Below are positions 40,164 through 51,167 of a stretch of DNA of 64,000 nt, piece by piece; position 1 is the stretch's first letter; each line of letters opens with the position of its first letter. The notes below the pieces were generated by a model. The model saw only the letters and a list, made by a program, of their open reading frames with translations. It had not been told where the DNA came from and searched no databases. Origin of the DNA: Octopus sinensis. Taxonomy: Eukaryota. A program made the position numbers and the translations under genes. The stretch lies in contig NC_043003.1 in NCBI RefSeq assembly GCF_006345805.1, positions 1,240,001 to 1,304,000 on the forward strand. Direction: 5' to 3'.

Positions 40164-40194
<31 letters not shown>

Positions 40195-40197
<3 letters not shown>

Positions 40198-40420
40198 GAG
40201 GCGCAATGGCCTAGTGGTTAGGGCAGCGGACTTGCGGTCGGAGGATCGCGGTTTCGATTCCCAGACCGGGCGTTGTGTGTGTTTATTGAGCGAAAACACC
40301 TAAAAGCTCCACGAGGCTCCGGCAGGAGGTGGTGATCCCTGCTGTACTCTTTCACCACTCTAAAAGGCGGTGCTCCAGCATGGCCGCAGTCAAATGACTG
40401 AAACAAGTACATAAAAAAAA
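40195..40420 (+). mobile_element. Chimeric SINE (head B joined to the family C/LINE tail)
   Basis: Head B sequence up to ...ctttcaccactct (40361), then aaaaggcggtgctccagcatggccgcagtcaaatgactgaaacaagta. Confidence 0.85.
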
Positions 40421-40581
40421 CATACATAAATATATATATATATATGAACTTACTTGGAGGAAAGAAACGAAACGACGCGAGGGCGCTCAGTCATTTAATA
40501 ACAATTAATAAATAAAAATATGCATACATACATATATGTACGTACCTACATCTATATGTATATATACATGCATATATATAT

Positions 40582-40673
<92 letters not shown>

Positions 40674-41412
40674 TACAGGACACCACAAATAAACGTAGAA
40701 CACAACGAGAAACGAAAACATAAAAACAAACAAGGAAACGGACTTTTTTTAACAACGAAAAAACAGAGTACAAGACAAACAATACAAGGAATATTCCCCT
40801 TCTTCAGCTGTCCCTGGAAGGTCTGCTTCAGCCGGATCGTGTTCTGCCCTTACCTTCGAAACACGTATTGAGTCGAACCAATATATATATATATTATATA
40901 TATATATAGCCGTTTGTCTTCCTCTATCTCTCTCTCTCTCTCTCACTCCTCCTCATCTCTCTCACAGCCGGCCAAATACTTCCTTTTTGCATGCGGCCTT
41001 CTAACTGTAAACACACGGTTTTCTTGCGCTCCTTGAATCTCTCCTCGTCTAGGCAAAAAAGGCCCTCTTTGGTTGTTTTCTTGTGTGTTTTTATTTCTAT
41101 CGTTTTTACGTCCTGTTTCTGTCACATTATGCATATATTTTATTTATTAAATTGTTTTATATATATATATACACATACATACACACACATAAATACATAT
41201 ACATATATGTATATGTGTGTGTGTGTGTGTGTGTCCGTATATATATATGTATATGTGCATGTGTGCATGTGTGTTTATATGTGTTTGTGTGCATATATAT
41301 GTATGTGTGATATATATATATATATATATTCCTTTTAAAATTTTCACTCAGCGTTAATCTTACGTGTACTTCTAATTGACTTTTGTTTTTTCCTTTTTTT
41401 TACTTTCGATAT

Positions 41413-41446
<34 letters not shown>

Positions 41447-41974
41447 AGCAATATAAACAGGCAGGTCGTAAAAGCGTTGTGTTTACCAATGTACTGGCTG
41501 AATAGCTGTTAATTAATAAAACAAACTGTCTCAAAGACTGAAAAGCAACAAACAAAAATAACACAAGAGAAACGTTGAGACATTCTCAGGAAGTTCGCTC
41601 GGTTCGGTTACAATGAGAAGTGTTACGGTGGAAGAACGGTTTGGGTTGTTGTCGATTTTCCGAGAACGAGAGGCGACGATGGAAGGCAGGAGAGAGGGAA
41701 GCGGATTTATCATTTAAGTTTACAGCAGATATTTCACTCTACGTTGGAATAGAAAATTCTAAGCTCTATTAAGGCCATAGGCTAAGGACCAGGATGTGCA
41801 GGAGGGGCAGGGGGAGCAAGCTCAGTCCTTAAAATTTGGGGTGGGGAGCCATGAAAACGCTTTCAGTTTCGTCCTGAAAACCTTCATCGCCAAAACGAAC
41901 GAGAGTAGAAACATTACTTTTCCATTATTGGATTCATCTGATTTCATTAAGTTACAAATATAATAATTTAGGGC

Positions 41975-43560
41975 CTCCTTCGATCAGAGCTGAACATGGG
42001 TTGCAGCCTTACTGTTTTCAGCCCGGATGGAGCAGCATCTCCGTGGGTTAAACAGGCCTTATACAGTCTCCAGATGCCAGCTCTCCATAGAGGACGTTCT
42101 TGGGGATGCGACCATCCTTTATGCGGTGGACGTGTCCTAGCCAGTGCAGTCTGCGTTATGGGACCAGGGTGAACATGCTGGGGAGGCTTGCAGGATTCAG
42201 GACCTCGGCGTTGGACACTCTGTGTTGCCAAGATATACCCAGCGTGTAGCGTAGACTTCTCAGATAGGAGATGCTGAGCTGCCTCTTCTCTCGGGCATCC
42301 GTGGCCCAAGTCTCACTGCCATATGACAGATGACACAGGCGCGTTATGCACTACCATCTTGGTCTTTAGCATCAGCTTGGGGTTTGTCCACACTCGGGTT
42401 GTGAGGCGGGCAAGCGTCGTGGCTGCCTTCGCAATCCTCTCATCAAGCTCTGTGTCCAGAGAGGGTTTGTCGATGATGGTGGAGCCGAGGTGAGTGAGCT
42501 GATGGACGACATCGAGCTGGTAGTCATCGATTTCGATGACCAGCGGTGACTCTGTATCACGTCACGAGAGATGTGTCTTCTTTAGGCGGATGGTCAGCTC
42601 AAAATCCCTGTAGGCCCGAGAGAAGCAGTCCATCAGCCAAACCGGAGATCTTCTGAAAGCGTGTTACAACCGCTGCATCATCGGCAAACAGCATGTTTCC
42701 GATGAGGATTTTGCGCCCCTTTGTCCTCGATCTGAAGCGGATGGGGTTGAACAGCCTGCCGTCCGATCTTGGGCGCAGGATAAGCCCCTCTGGTGCAGCG
42801 CCGAATGCATGCTTCAAGAGAAGAACGAAGAAAATCCCAAAGAGTGTGGGCACAAGGACGCAGCATTGTTTGACGCCGCTGCGGATGCTGAATGGCTCTG
42901 AGGTGGCCCCGTTCCTGTCTCCTTCGTGTGGGTGTGAAAGGATTCGACCATCTTCTGCAGATTTGATGGGCAACCAGTTTTGGGGAGTATCTTGAAAAAG
43001 CCGTCTCTTCAGACCAGATCAAACGCCTTGGTGAGGTCCATGAAAGCGACAAACGTAGGAGCATTTTATGTTCCCTGCACTTCTCCTCGAGTTGGCAAAG
43101 CGGGGAAGTTCATGTCTATTGTTGATCTCTCAGCTCGGAAGCCGAGCTGTAACACTGGGTAGACAAGTTCGCACAGCATCTGCAAGTGGACAAAGACGAC
43201 CCGTGCGAATACATTGCCGACGACAATGAGGAGGGAGAAAGGTACAGGGATGCGGACGACACTGAGAAGGGTTAGGATGTTCGACGTCGGCAGTGATACA
43301 AGGGAGCCGACGACACTGACATAGGAAATGCCCGACACTGATACAGGGATGCCGGCGAGACTGAAAAGGGAGATACTCGACAACGGTAGTGATGCGTGGA
43401 TGGCAACGGCACTCAGAAAGGGAGATTCCCGGCGCCGGCAGTGATACAGGGATGCCGGCGACGATGACACTGAGAAGGGAGATGTCTCCCTGCAGCTGTT
43501 GCAGTCACTTCTTTCGACCTCGTTCTTGTATAGTTTGGTAATGTTTGTGCCCGTCATATC
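41975..43560 (-). mobile_element. RTE (BovB-like) LINE fragment, frameshifted
   Basis: NITKLYKNEVERSDCN; GFRAERSTIDM; SGVKQCCVLVPTLFGIFF; MLFADDAA; ISSLSLDTELDERI-like segment. Confidence 0.9.
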
Positions 43561-43622
43561 CTATGGAACAGCACCTTCTTGTCAGCGCTGACAGAAGACT
43601 CCATTCAGTAGCTGAAGTAGGG

Positions 43623-43880
43623 TCACCCTACATTATTTACCCCCATCTCTACTGCAAGGGCTTTGATTTGGAAGCCAGATTCTCTCAGCTTGATCGCTAA
43701 ACTCTTATTGTAGTTGTGGACATCCGCCATTCTGCGTTCGGATGAAACACTATGGTCGACCAGAATCCCTTGTCTTGATGAAACTGAGTTGAGTACAACT
43801 TCTGGTCTCATACCATCCTTGTTAAGGGTGTCCGAGTGATTCTTCCATTCTCGAAGCTTCGCTGTGTATTCCGAGTCATC
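43623..43880 (-). mobile_element. Possible restriction-like endonuclease remnant of an R2-group retrotransposon
   Basis: GMRPEVVL...GILVDHSVSSE...LAIKLRESGFQIKALAVEMG resembles the RPD..ILVD..E...LAVE.G REL pattern. Confidence 0.35.
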
Positions 43881-44381
43881 CGTTCCATCCAGTGGATCGA
43901 CTGAGTACATTATCAACTGAGTACATTATCGACTGAGTACATCTGTTCCTATTTACTCTTAGCAGTGGAAGACTCGGTATCAGCTTCTGACGTCATCCTC
44001 TTCTCTCTCTCTCTCTCTCTCTCTCTTTCTCCAGGGTGTAGCGTAGTGAGAGAGAGAGGAGAGATGCTGGTAGACTGAGACTTTGAAATAACAAGATCCT
44101 GTGTTCGATCTCACAGCAGGACATCTATGGCGTAACCTCGGGTTGCTTCGAGCCCCAGGAGAAAATAGTGGGTTGATGGAAATTGCGAGGAATCAAAGGT
44201 TCGGGATCAACTTTGTTACATATTGTGGGTCACTGATTCACCTCTGAGAATTATTAAAGGGCAAATGGGTCTGTGAGATACTCAGCCACTTACAATGTTA
44301 ATTTAACGTGTAAAATTGTTAACTTCACCGAATAAAAAATGACCACCATCGCGCCTCACCATCACTATCATCATCATCATT

Positions 44382-44417
<36 letters not shown>

Positions 44418-44716
44418 TGATTCCATCCGTGCAAAATAAGGCGAAGGCAGTTTCCAAGACAGTCTTGAACGCTAGACCTCAATAGAGTGTCCGTCGCCCA
44501 TTGTCCACACTTCTCTCATTTAGAATTTTCTCTAAGGTTCTCAACTCTCATCAACTCGGGCCTGCCTTCATTTTTTAATCTGTTTATCACTTTAATAAGA
44601 TAACAGGATTAAGGCCGTTTAATAGGATAGGTAGGGAGCAAGGTGAGAAGAAATGAAATAAAATAGTATAAAATAAAATGGGATAAGATATAGGGTGTCC
44701 CTAAAGTCAGGACACT

Positions 44717-44968
44717 TAGGAAATCTCATTGACTATATATTTTTTACCTATATAGGAAATCTCATTGACTATATATTTTTTACCTATATAGGAAATCTCA
44801 TTGACTATATATTTTTTACCTATATAGGAAATCTCATTGACTATATATTTTTTACCTATATAGGAAATCTCATTGACTATATATTTTTTACCTATATAGG
44901 AAATCTCATTGACTATATATTTTTTACCTATATAGGAAATCTCATTGACTATATATTTTTTACCTATA
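44717..44968. repeat. Perfect 36-bp minisatellite, 7 copies
   Basis: Unit TAGGAAATCTCATTGACTATATATTTTTTACCTATA, starting directly after the TIR-like TAGGGTGTCCCTAAAGTCAGGACAC (44691-44715). Confidence 0.95.
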
Positions 44969-45599
44969 AATGTTATATTTATCATATATTTTATTGGTGT
45001 TTCTTTGTTCGTTACATTTTTATGTTCGTTAACTCAGACTGTTGGTGCAAGAATAACGAAACTCAAACCAGCAACTCCCCTAATCCAGGGCTTCTATTTT
45101 TTTAAAGGCCACCTAACTGGGGACCCACTACCTCCCTATTTTTACTGCATTTTAAACTAAATAGATGGCTTTGGCGACCAAATCAGAGCAATGTCAATGA
45201 ATTTCATATCATGAACTTCCAGAAAGTATCGTAAAGAGGTTCTGTTTCCGAAGGGCCGTTTAAATGAGGCCCACTGACCCCACCTATTTTTATTACATTT
45301 ACTTTGCTCCTACGCTTATTGATTAAACTATGATCATCATCAGTGCTTAGCACATCTGCAGAAATAAATTTGGGCATTCTAAATACCTTCACGTACATTC
45401 AAATCGAGATAAAGAGTTATAACAGGGATGTTTCAAGCGTGGATATTTATTTAATAATAATAATAATGAAATTATTGTATACAGTGCTCAGGTGTACCAC
45501 AACTTGTCAGAAAGTGCGTATAAAGTATATGCAGTAATGTACGAATGTCTGGAAAGCGAACAATGTATGAGTCAGATACATGCTTGTGTGTGTATGGAG

Positions 45600-47235
45600 G
45601 GGAGAAAATCAGGTGGAGTGTTGGCGAATCTCATAAAGCATGGAAGTTTTGAAGGATGCAGTGCTCCGACAACTAACAACTGATGCCGGCAGTTTGTTTC
45701 ATGCTTCAGCAACTCTCAGCGTGAAGAAATGTTTCCTAAAGTCATGGGAGCTGTGCTGTTTTCTGACTTTGTAAATATGTCCACGGGTGTTAGACGGGTG
45801 GAGTTCGAAAAGGTGCTCAGAGTTATTGTTTGTAAGATGGTTGATAATTTTATGGGTGTCTGCCAAGTCAGCTGTCAGACGTCGGAGTTTCAATGTGTCC
45901 ATGCCCAGGGAAGTAAGGCGTTCAGGATATGGCAAATGCCTGATGGAGGGTATTCTTTTGGTAGCACGTCGCTGAACGGCTTCCAGACGATTGATATCCT
46001 GGGCAAGATAGAGGTTCCAGACCTGTGATGCAAATTCCAGGTGAGGTCTTACCATAGCTATATAAATAGATAGATAGTCGGAGAGCGGCTCACAAAGGAC
46101 TTGGTGAGTGATGCCAAGACATCCTCAGCCTTCTTGACAATTTTAGCGATGTGTTTTGTCCAACGCAAATCACTGTCGACAATAACACAAAGGTCACGTT
46201 CACACGAAGACTTTTTGAGATTAGTGTTGTGGAGGGAGTAGGTGGACGTTGCGTTTCTCCTCCTAAAATGTATGGTGGTACATTTGTCCACAGCCAGCTT
46301 GAGTTGCCAGTCCATGATCCACTGCTGCATTGTGTCCAGGTCTGCTTGCAATAGAGATCTATAGTGTACAGGATTTGACTTCTTTATTTCGAGGTACAGC
46401 TTGATGTCATCTGCATATTTCAGCACTGTGGCATTCTTTAAGTTGGCATCTATGTCATTAACATATGCAACAAATAAAAGGGGTCCAAGAACAGATCCCT
46501 GTGGTACACCAGATGTCATCTCATAGGGTGAAGAGTGCTGTCCTAGAACTGTGACAACCTCTTTTCGGCCGAAAATAAAGGACTTCAACCAGTTATAGAG
46601 TTCGTTTCTGACGCCCAACGCAGAGAGTTTCACCATAATTCTTTTGTGTGGCACAGAGTTAAAAGCCTTAGCAAAGTCCAGGTAAACAACATCCACCCAG
46701 GATCAGTGATTTGGGTAACGTCCTCAAGAAACTCGATGAGTTGAGTACAGCAGCTGGAGTTAGGAATAAATCCAAATTGTGACAGCTGGATGAGGCTGTG
46801 AGACTTCCAGAAGTTCCAGAGGGTTTCCCTGATACAGGATTCCATCGGTTTGGCGATGCAGCAATAAGACTAACGGGGCGATAGTTGACAGGTGATGTGC
46901 GGTCACCTTTTTTGAACAGAGGCATAACACTGGCAGTTTTCCACTGCTCTGGAGTGAGACCATTGTCAAGACAGAATTGGAAGAATAGGGAAAGTTGGCT
47001 TAGAAGAAATTACCCACGGCGTTTGAGAAGTAGGTATGTAACACCATTGAGACCAGGAGAGGCATAGTTGCGTTTATTCTTTAGGTGGCGTTGTAGCATT
47101 GCTGGTGTAAATTGCATAGAAGATATAGAGTCCGGTGTCAGTGGTGATGAAGATAGAACATTTTGGTCTTCGACAGTAAAGATGCCGACATAGCATCCAG
47201 CAATGATTTCTGCACATTCTTTGGGGTTGCCAGTA
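45600..47235 (-). mobile_element. CR1-group LINE, 5'-truncated and frameshifted
   Basis: PLFKKGDRTSPVNYRPVSL; DVVYLDFAKAFNSVPH; SGVPQGSVLGPLLF; YADD; VRPHLEFASQVWN; HFFTLRVAEA. Confidence 0.92.
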
Positions 47236-47319
47236 ATGTCCTGTGCGGGGATGTCTAGTATATTATATACATATATTTTACATATTATATTTTATCTATA
47301 TATTTTTCACTCATTGAAA

Positions 47320-47564
47320 ATCACAGATGCAACACGATGGAACGCATAAAGAGTGAATATGCCCAAATTGACGGCCGCGTTGGGTTATTGCATCGGGTTC
47401 GCGTTAACCTTGCCAAGCGCATCGGCTTTTGCATCACAAATGGTGGAAATCTTATTGAAGATGTTATTTGTGAATATTTCAATTGAATGAAAAGTTGACA
47501 ATTTTACGTGTATTTCTTGAAGATACACATTTTGCTTCTGTATCCAGACTTTACGGACAGCCTG
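47320..47564 (+). mobile_element. Tc1/mariner (DD37D/DD41D-like) 3' end with TIR
   Basis: LLHRVRVNLAKRIGFCITNGGNLIED is a mariner-type C-terminus; right TIR gtatccagactttacggacagcctg followed by TA. Confidence 0.65.
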
Positions 47565-48049
47565 TATATTGAATAAACTGTGGGGAATGGAAGAAAATAG
47601 AATAAAGTAAAGCAACATTGAATTCACTCACGGCAATAGAGTAGAAGGAGGCTTAATTTTCTGTAATAGGTTGGTGGATATATATCTGTTTTTAAAGATC
47701 ATGGATATAAAAGCTTTGAAGGTTTGTCGATAGAAATGTTTTCTTTTAAGAAACCTGACTGAAAGAGTTTATTCACTGCGATTCGAAGTGACACAGGTTT
47801 ACTGGTTGTGTAAGGGAAACAACTGCGTCTTACTTCGAATTGGATTAGACATTTTAAGTTATTTCCCTTGTATTACATAAAAAAATTGCTTTACGCAATG
47901 AAATTACTTTGAGTGTGTGTGTGCACGCGTACACACACACACACACACCACACACACACACACACACACATTGAGACAGATGTCTGTGTAAGAGAGATAA
48001 AGATGATGGAAATTCACCGACAGCGAGAAGAATGAGAAAGAAGTTTATA

Positions 48050-48212
48050 ACACACACACAAATATATATACACATACACACACACACAAATATATATACA
48101 CATACACACACACACAAATATATATACACATACACACACACACAAATATATATACACATACACACACACACAAATATATATACACATACACACACACACA
48201 AATATATATAGC
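48050..48212. repeat. 28-bp tandem repeat built from microsatellite motifs, 6 copies
   Basis: Unit aaatatatatacacatacacacacacac at 48060, 48088, 48116, 48144, 48172 and 48200. Confidence 0.9.
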
Positions 48213-48213
48213 T

Positions 48214-48247
<34 letters not shown>

Positions 48248-48689
48248 GGTGAAGAGATGAATGAGAGAGAAAGCGAGAGGGAAAGGAAGCGAGAGGGAGA
48301 GAGAGAGAAAGCGAGGTGTTAATTGATGACAAAGAAACTTAATCGTTAATGTTAAAAATTAATTAAGAGAGACGAAATGATTGGATTTTAATTACGTTTT
48401 AGCGTTTCTTTTACTTTTTAGGGAATCCTCATAATTCTAATTTAACGCCTTAGAAAAAGAAAGGAAAACACGGGATTCGAACTCTGTACCATAGAACACG
48501 GAACTAAATATCGTTTCTTCTATCTAAAAGAGAATATATTTCTTTTCCCAGTCCAAGACTATCCACATGAATACACGGAAATTCGCCATAGCTGATCCCA
48601 AGCACGATGGAGACAGGAAGAGGGTGGTGGGTTAGCAACCCCGCTTTATCATCGAACGTTCTACATTGCTACAGAAACGCCGTGGAAAG

Positions 48690-48880
48690 TGCGTGGCCGA
48701 GTGGTCAGGGTGTTGCGTTAACGATTGCAAGATTGTGGTTTCGATTCTCGCATTATGTTCTTGGGCAAAACCTTTCTTCGTTCTATCTTGCTCCAGTCCA
48801 CTCGGTAAATGAGTAACCCAGCGATGAATTGGCGTCCCGTTCCGAAGCGATGTTCTGATCTTGGTCACCTGTGTTGCCAT
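48690..48880 (+). mobile_element. Old tRNA-derived SINE (head D-like with CORE-like segment)
   Basis: gcgtggccgagtggtcagg...ggtttcgattc...gttcttgggcaaaacc...ctccagtccactc. Confidence 0.55.
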
Positions 48881-49229
48881 GGGAACCGAATAATCAGCCT
48901 TGTGAGTCCTGGAATTGGAGACAGTGATGACCAGGGGACTTACTGAAACGCCAAGAGAATTTATGAAACCGGTCCTGCTTAGGGGAAGTAAGTCCTTGCA
49001 GACTGTGTGAAAGAAGCCGTGGTCGATGGCTACGCAAGTGGACAACGGCAAGCCATTTCCAGAGACGAACAGTGGTTCCCAACCATTTTTCTCCTTTGGG
49101 ATCCTTGGATCCCTATTTTGCTCGGATGAACCCTCGCAACCATTCCATCTCTAAAAAATCCCAAAATATATTTTTTATAATGAAAAACTTAGGAATTCCA
49201 TTTTTCGTTTTTTTTCTTTTCATTTGTTT

Positions 49230-49410
49230 CGTTCATTTAACTGCGGCCATGCTGGAGCACCGCCTTTAGTCGAACAAATGGACTCCAGGGCTTATTCTTT
49301 GTAAGCCTGGTACTTATTCTATCGGTCACTTTTACAGAAACACTAAATTACGAGGACATAAACACACCAGCATCGGTTGAGAAGCGATGGCGGGAGGACA
49401 AAGACAGACA
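49230..49410 (-). mobile_element. SINE family C, 3' half
   Basis: Reverse complement of the aaggcggtgctccagcatggccgcag tail and upstream body. Confidence 0.8.
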
Positions 49411-49424
49411 CACAAATACATACC

Positions 49425-49501
<77 letters not shown>

Positions 49502-49690
49502 TGATATATATTTTGTTTTATTTTGTTCTGTTTACCTTCCTTTATTGTACCAATAAGTATTATATTATATAAGTGTAGCATTATGATGTATAAGTTTTTA
49601 TATTTTTATATTTTACATTTTTATATTTTTATATTTATATGTATATGGTTATATTATATTTTTCACAATTATAACAAATTTAATTTAATT

Positions 49691-49798
49691 CTCTGAAGAG
49701 GCCGTGGGGCATCCTTGTTAATGCCTCATTTATACCTGCCTTTATGGCTTAGAGGTTAAATGAGGTATGACTGCCCTCACTGCCGAAACAGCTGTCAG
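49691..49798 (+). ncRNA. Type I hammerhead ribozyme motif (Penelope-type)
   Basis: CT-CTGAAGA-GGCCGTGGGGCA...TGCCCTCACTGCC-GAAAC-AGCT-GTC-AG. Intact core, 11-bp imperfect stem II with a long insertion, 2-bp stem III with a palindromic AGCT loop, predicted GUC cleavage after 49796. Confidence 0.7.
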
Positions 49799-50050
49799 TT
49801 TTGATTTAATTGCATATTATATTTGAAAATTTTTTACTTATATCTCTTTATCTTTTTACTATTACTGTATATCTCATTTTGTATAATGCCTTTACTCATA
49901 TGTAATGGTGTATTAAAGTATTGATTGGGTATCATCGGATAGTTGATGTTTTATTGATTTAAGTATGTTTCTCCATTCTCTAATTTTGGTGTATTATATA
50001 TATATATATATTCTCTAGTTTCAGCTCAGAGCTGCGGCCATGCTGATGCA

Positions 50051-50088
<38 letters not shown>

Positions 50089-50113
50089 TATTATATATAT
50101 ATATATGTATGTA

Positions 50114-50280
50114 TAAAACAGCCATACTCTCTTCCTTCAGGGGAACCGCTCACAGCCTCTAACAATATCAGAGACCTGGGTGTAATTGTTGATGACGATC
50201 TCAGCTGGAGTCCACACATCAACAAGAAGGTTGATATAGCTCGTAGGATGAGTTACTGGATCTTAAGAACTTTCCGGTCC
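50114..50280 (+). mobile_element. CR1-group LINE internal fragment
   Basis: NIRDLGVIVDDDLSWSPHINKKVDIARRMSYWILRTFRS. Confidence 0.7.
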
Positions 50281-50440
<160 letters not shown>

Positions 50441-50664
50441 GAGAGGGATGACCACTTATGCTAGAAGTAGTTCCACTGTGGCCTTACCACTAAGAAATGT
50501 TCTCAAGAAAATTTAGCAAACAGCAGAACGTAAGTGAGCAAGGCAAAGGAAAAGTAAACTGAACCTTCAGTTTTTTAATATGCTAGACCACTGGTTTTAA
50601 ATTGATGTTAATCAAATTAATGTCCAAATTTTTCACCCTCATTTTAATTATATATATATATCAC

Positions 50665-50785
50665 TCATAAGGCTTTGGTCGGCCCAGTACTATAGTAGAA
50701 GACACTTTCCTAGGGTGCCACGCAGTGGGACTGAACCCGGAACCATGTGGTTGGGAAGCAAGCTTCTTACCACACAGCCACGGAA
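50665..50785 (-). mobile_element. SINE family C, 5' half
   Basis: Reverse complement of the head and CORE-like segment. Confidence 0.8.
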
Positions 50786-50872
50786 TTGTATAAAATAATT
50801 GTTAGAATATTTTGTGTGTTGCATAAGTATAACCAATTCATTGCAGATAAATTTTAACAAGAAAATCTTAAA

Positions 50873-50955
50873 TGGACCCCAAAGGGTCAAGTGGACCCCA
50901 AAGGGTCAAGTGGACCCCAAAGGGTCAAGTGGACCCCAAAGGGTCAAGTGGACCC
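50873..50955. repeat. 19-bp tandem repeat, 4.4 copies
   Basis: Unit tggaccccaaagggtcaag, each containing a gaccc-caaa-gggtc mini-hairpin. Confidence 0.95.
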
Positions 50956-51167
50956 TGGTGGCGATCCAATGCAGATGAAGATAGATCTTTTGTTGGTTAT
51001 CTTTACTCCACTCGGGGGTGGGGTCAAAAGACTTGAAGAAAGAAGATGCATACATATTTATACGTTTGCCAAAAGCATTGGTGACATCAGAGAACTCAGA
51101 ATTAAAAGAGACAGAATAAATATGAGACTTAATAATAATTACTGAAATTGATTTGTTCAACTAAACC

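Noticed and set aside
44695-45105. 136-aa ORF with IGNLIDYIFFTY x7
   Set aside because: It is open only because the 36-bp unit lacks a stop in that frame, and it starts inside a transposon-like TIR.
45204-45398. 64-aa minus-strand ORF with an internal acceptor-like site
   Set aside because: No recognisable homology. Nearby AAAAATAGG...AGTGGG direct repeats suggest transposon subterminal DNA instead.
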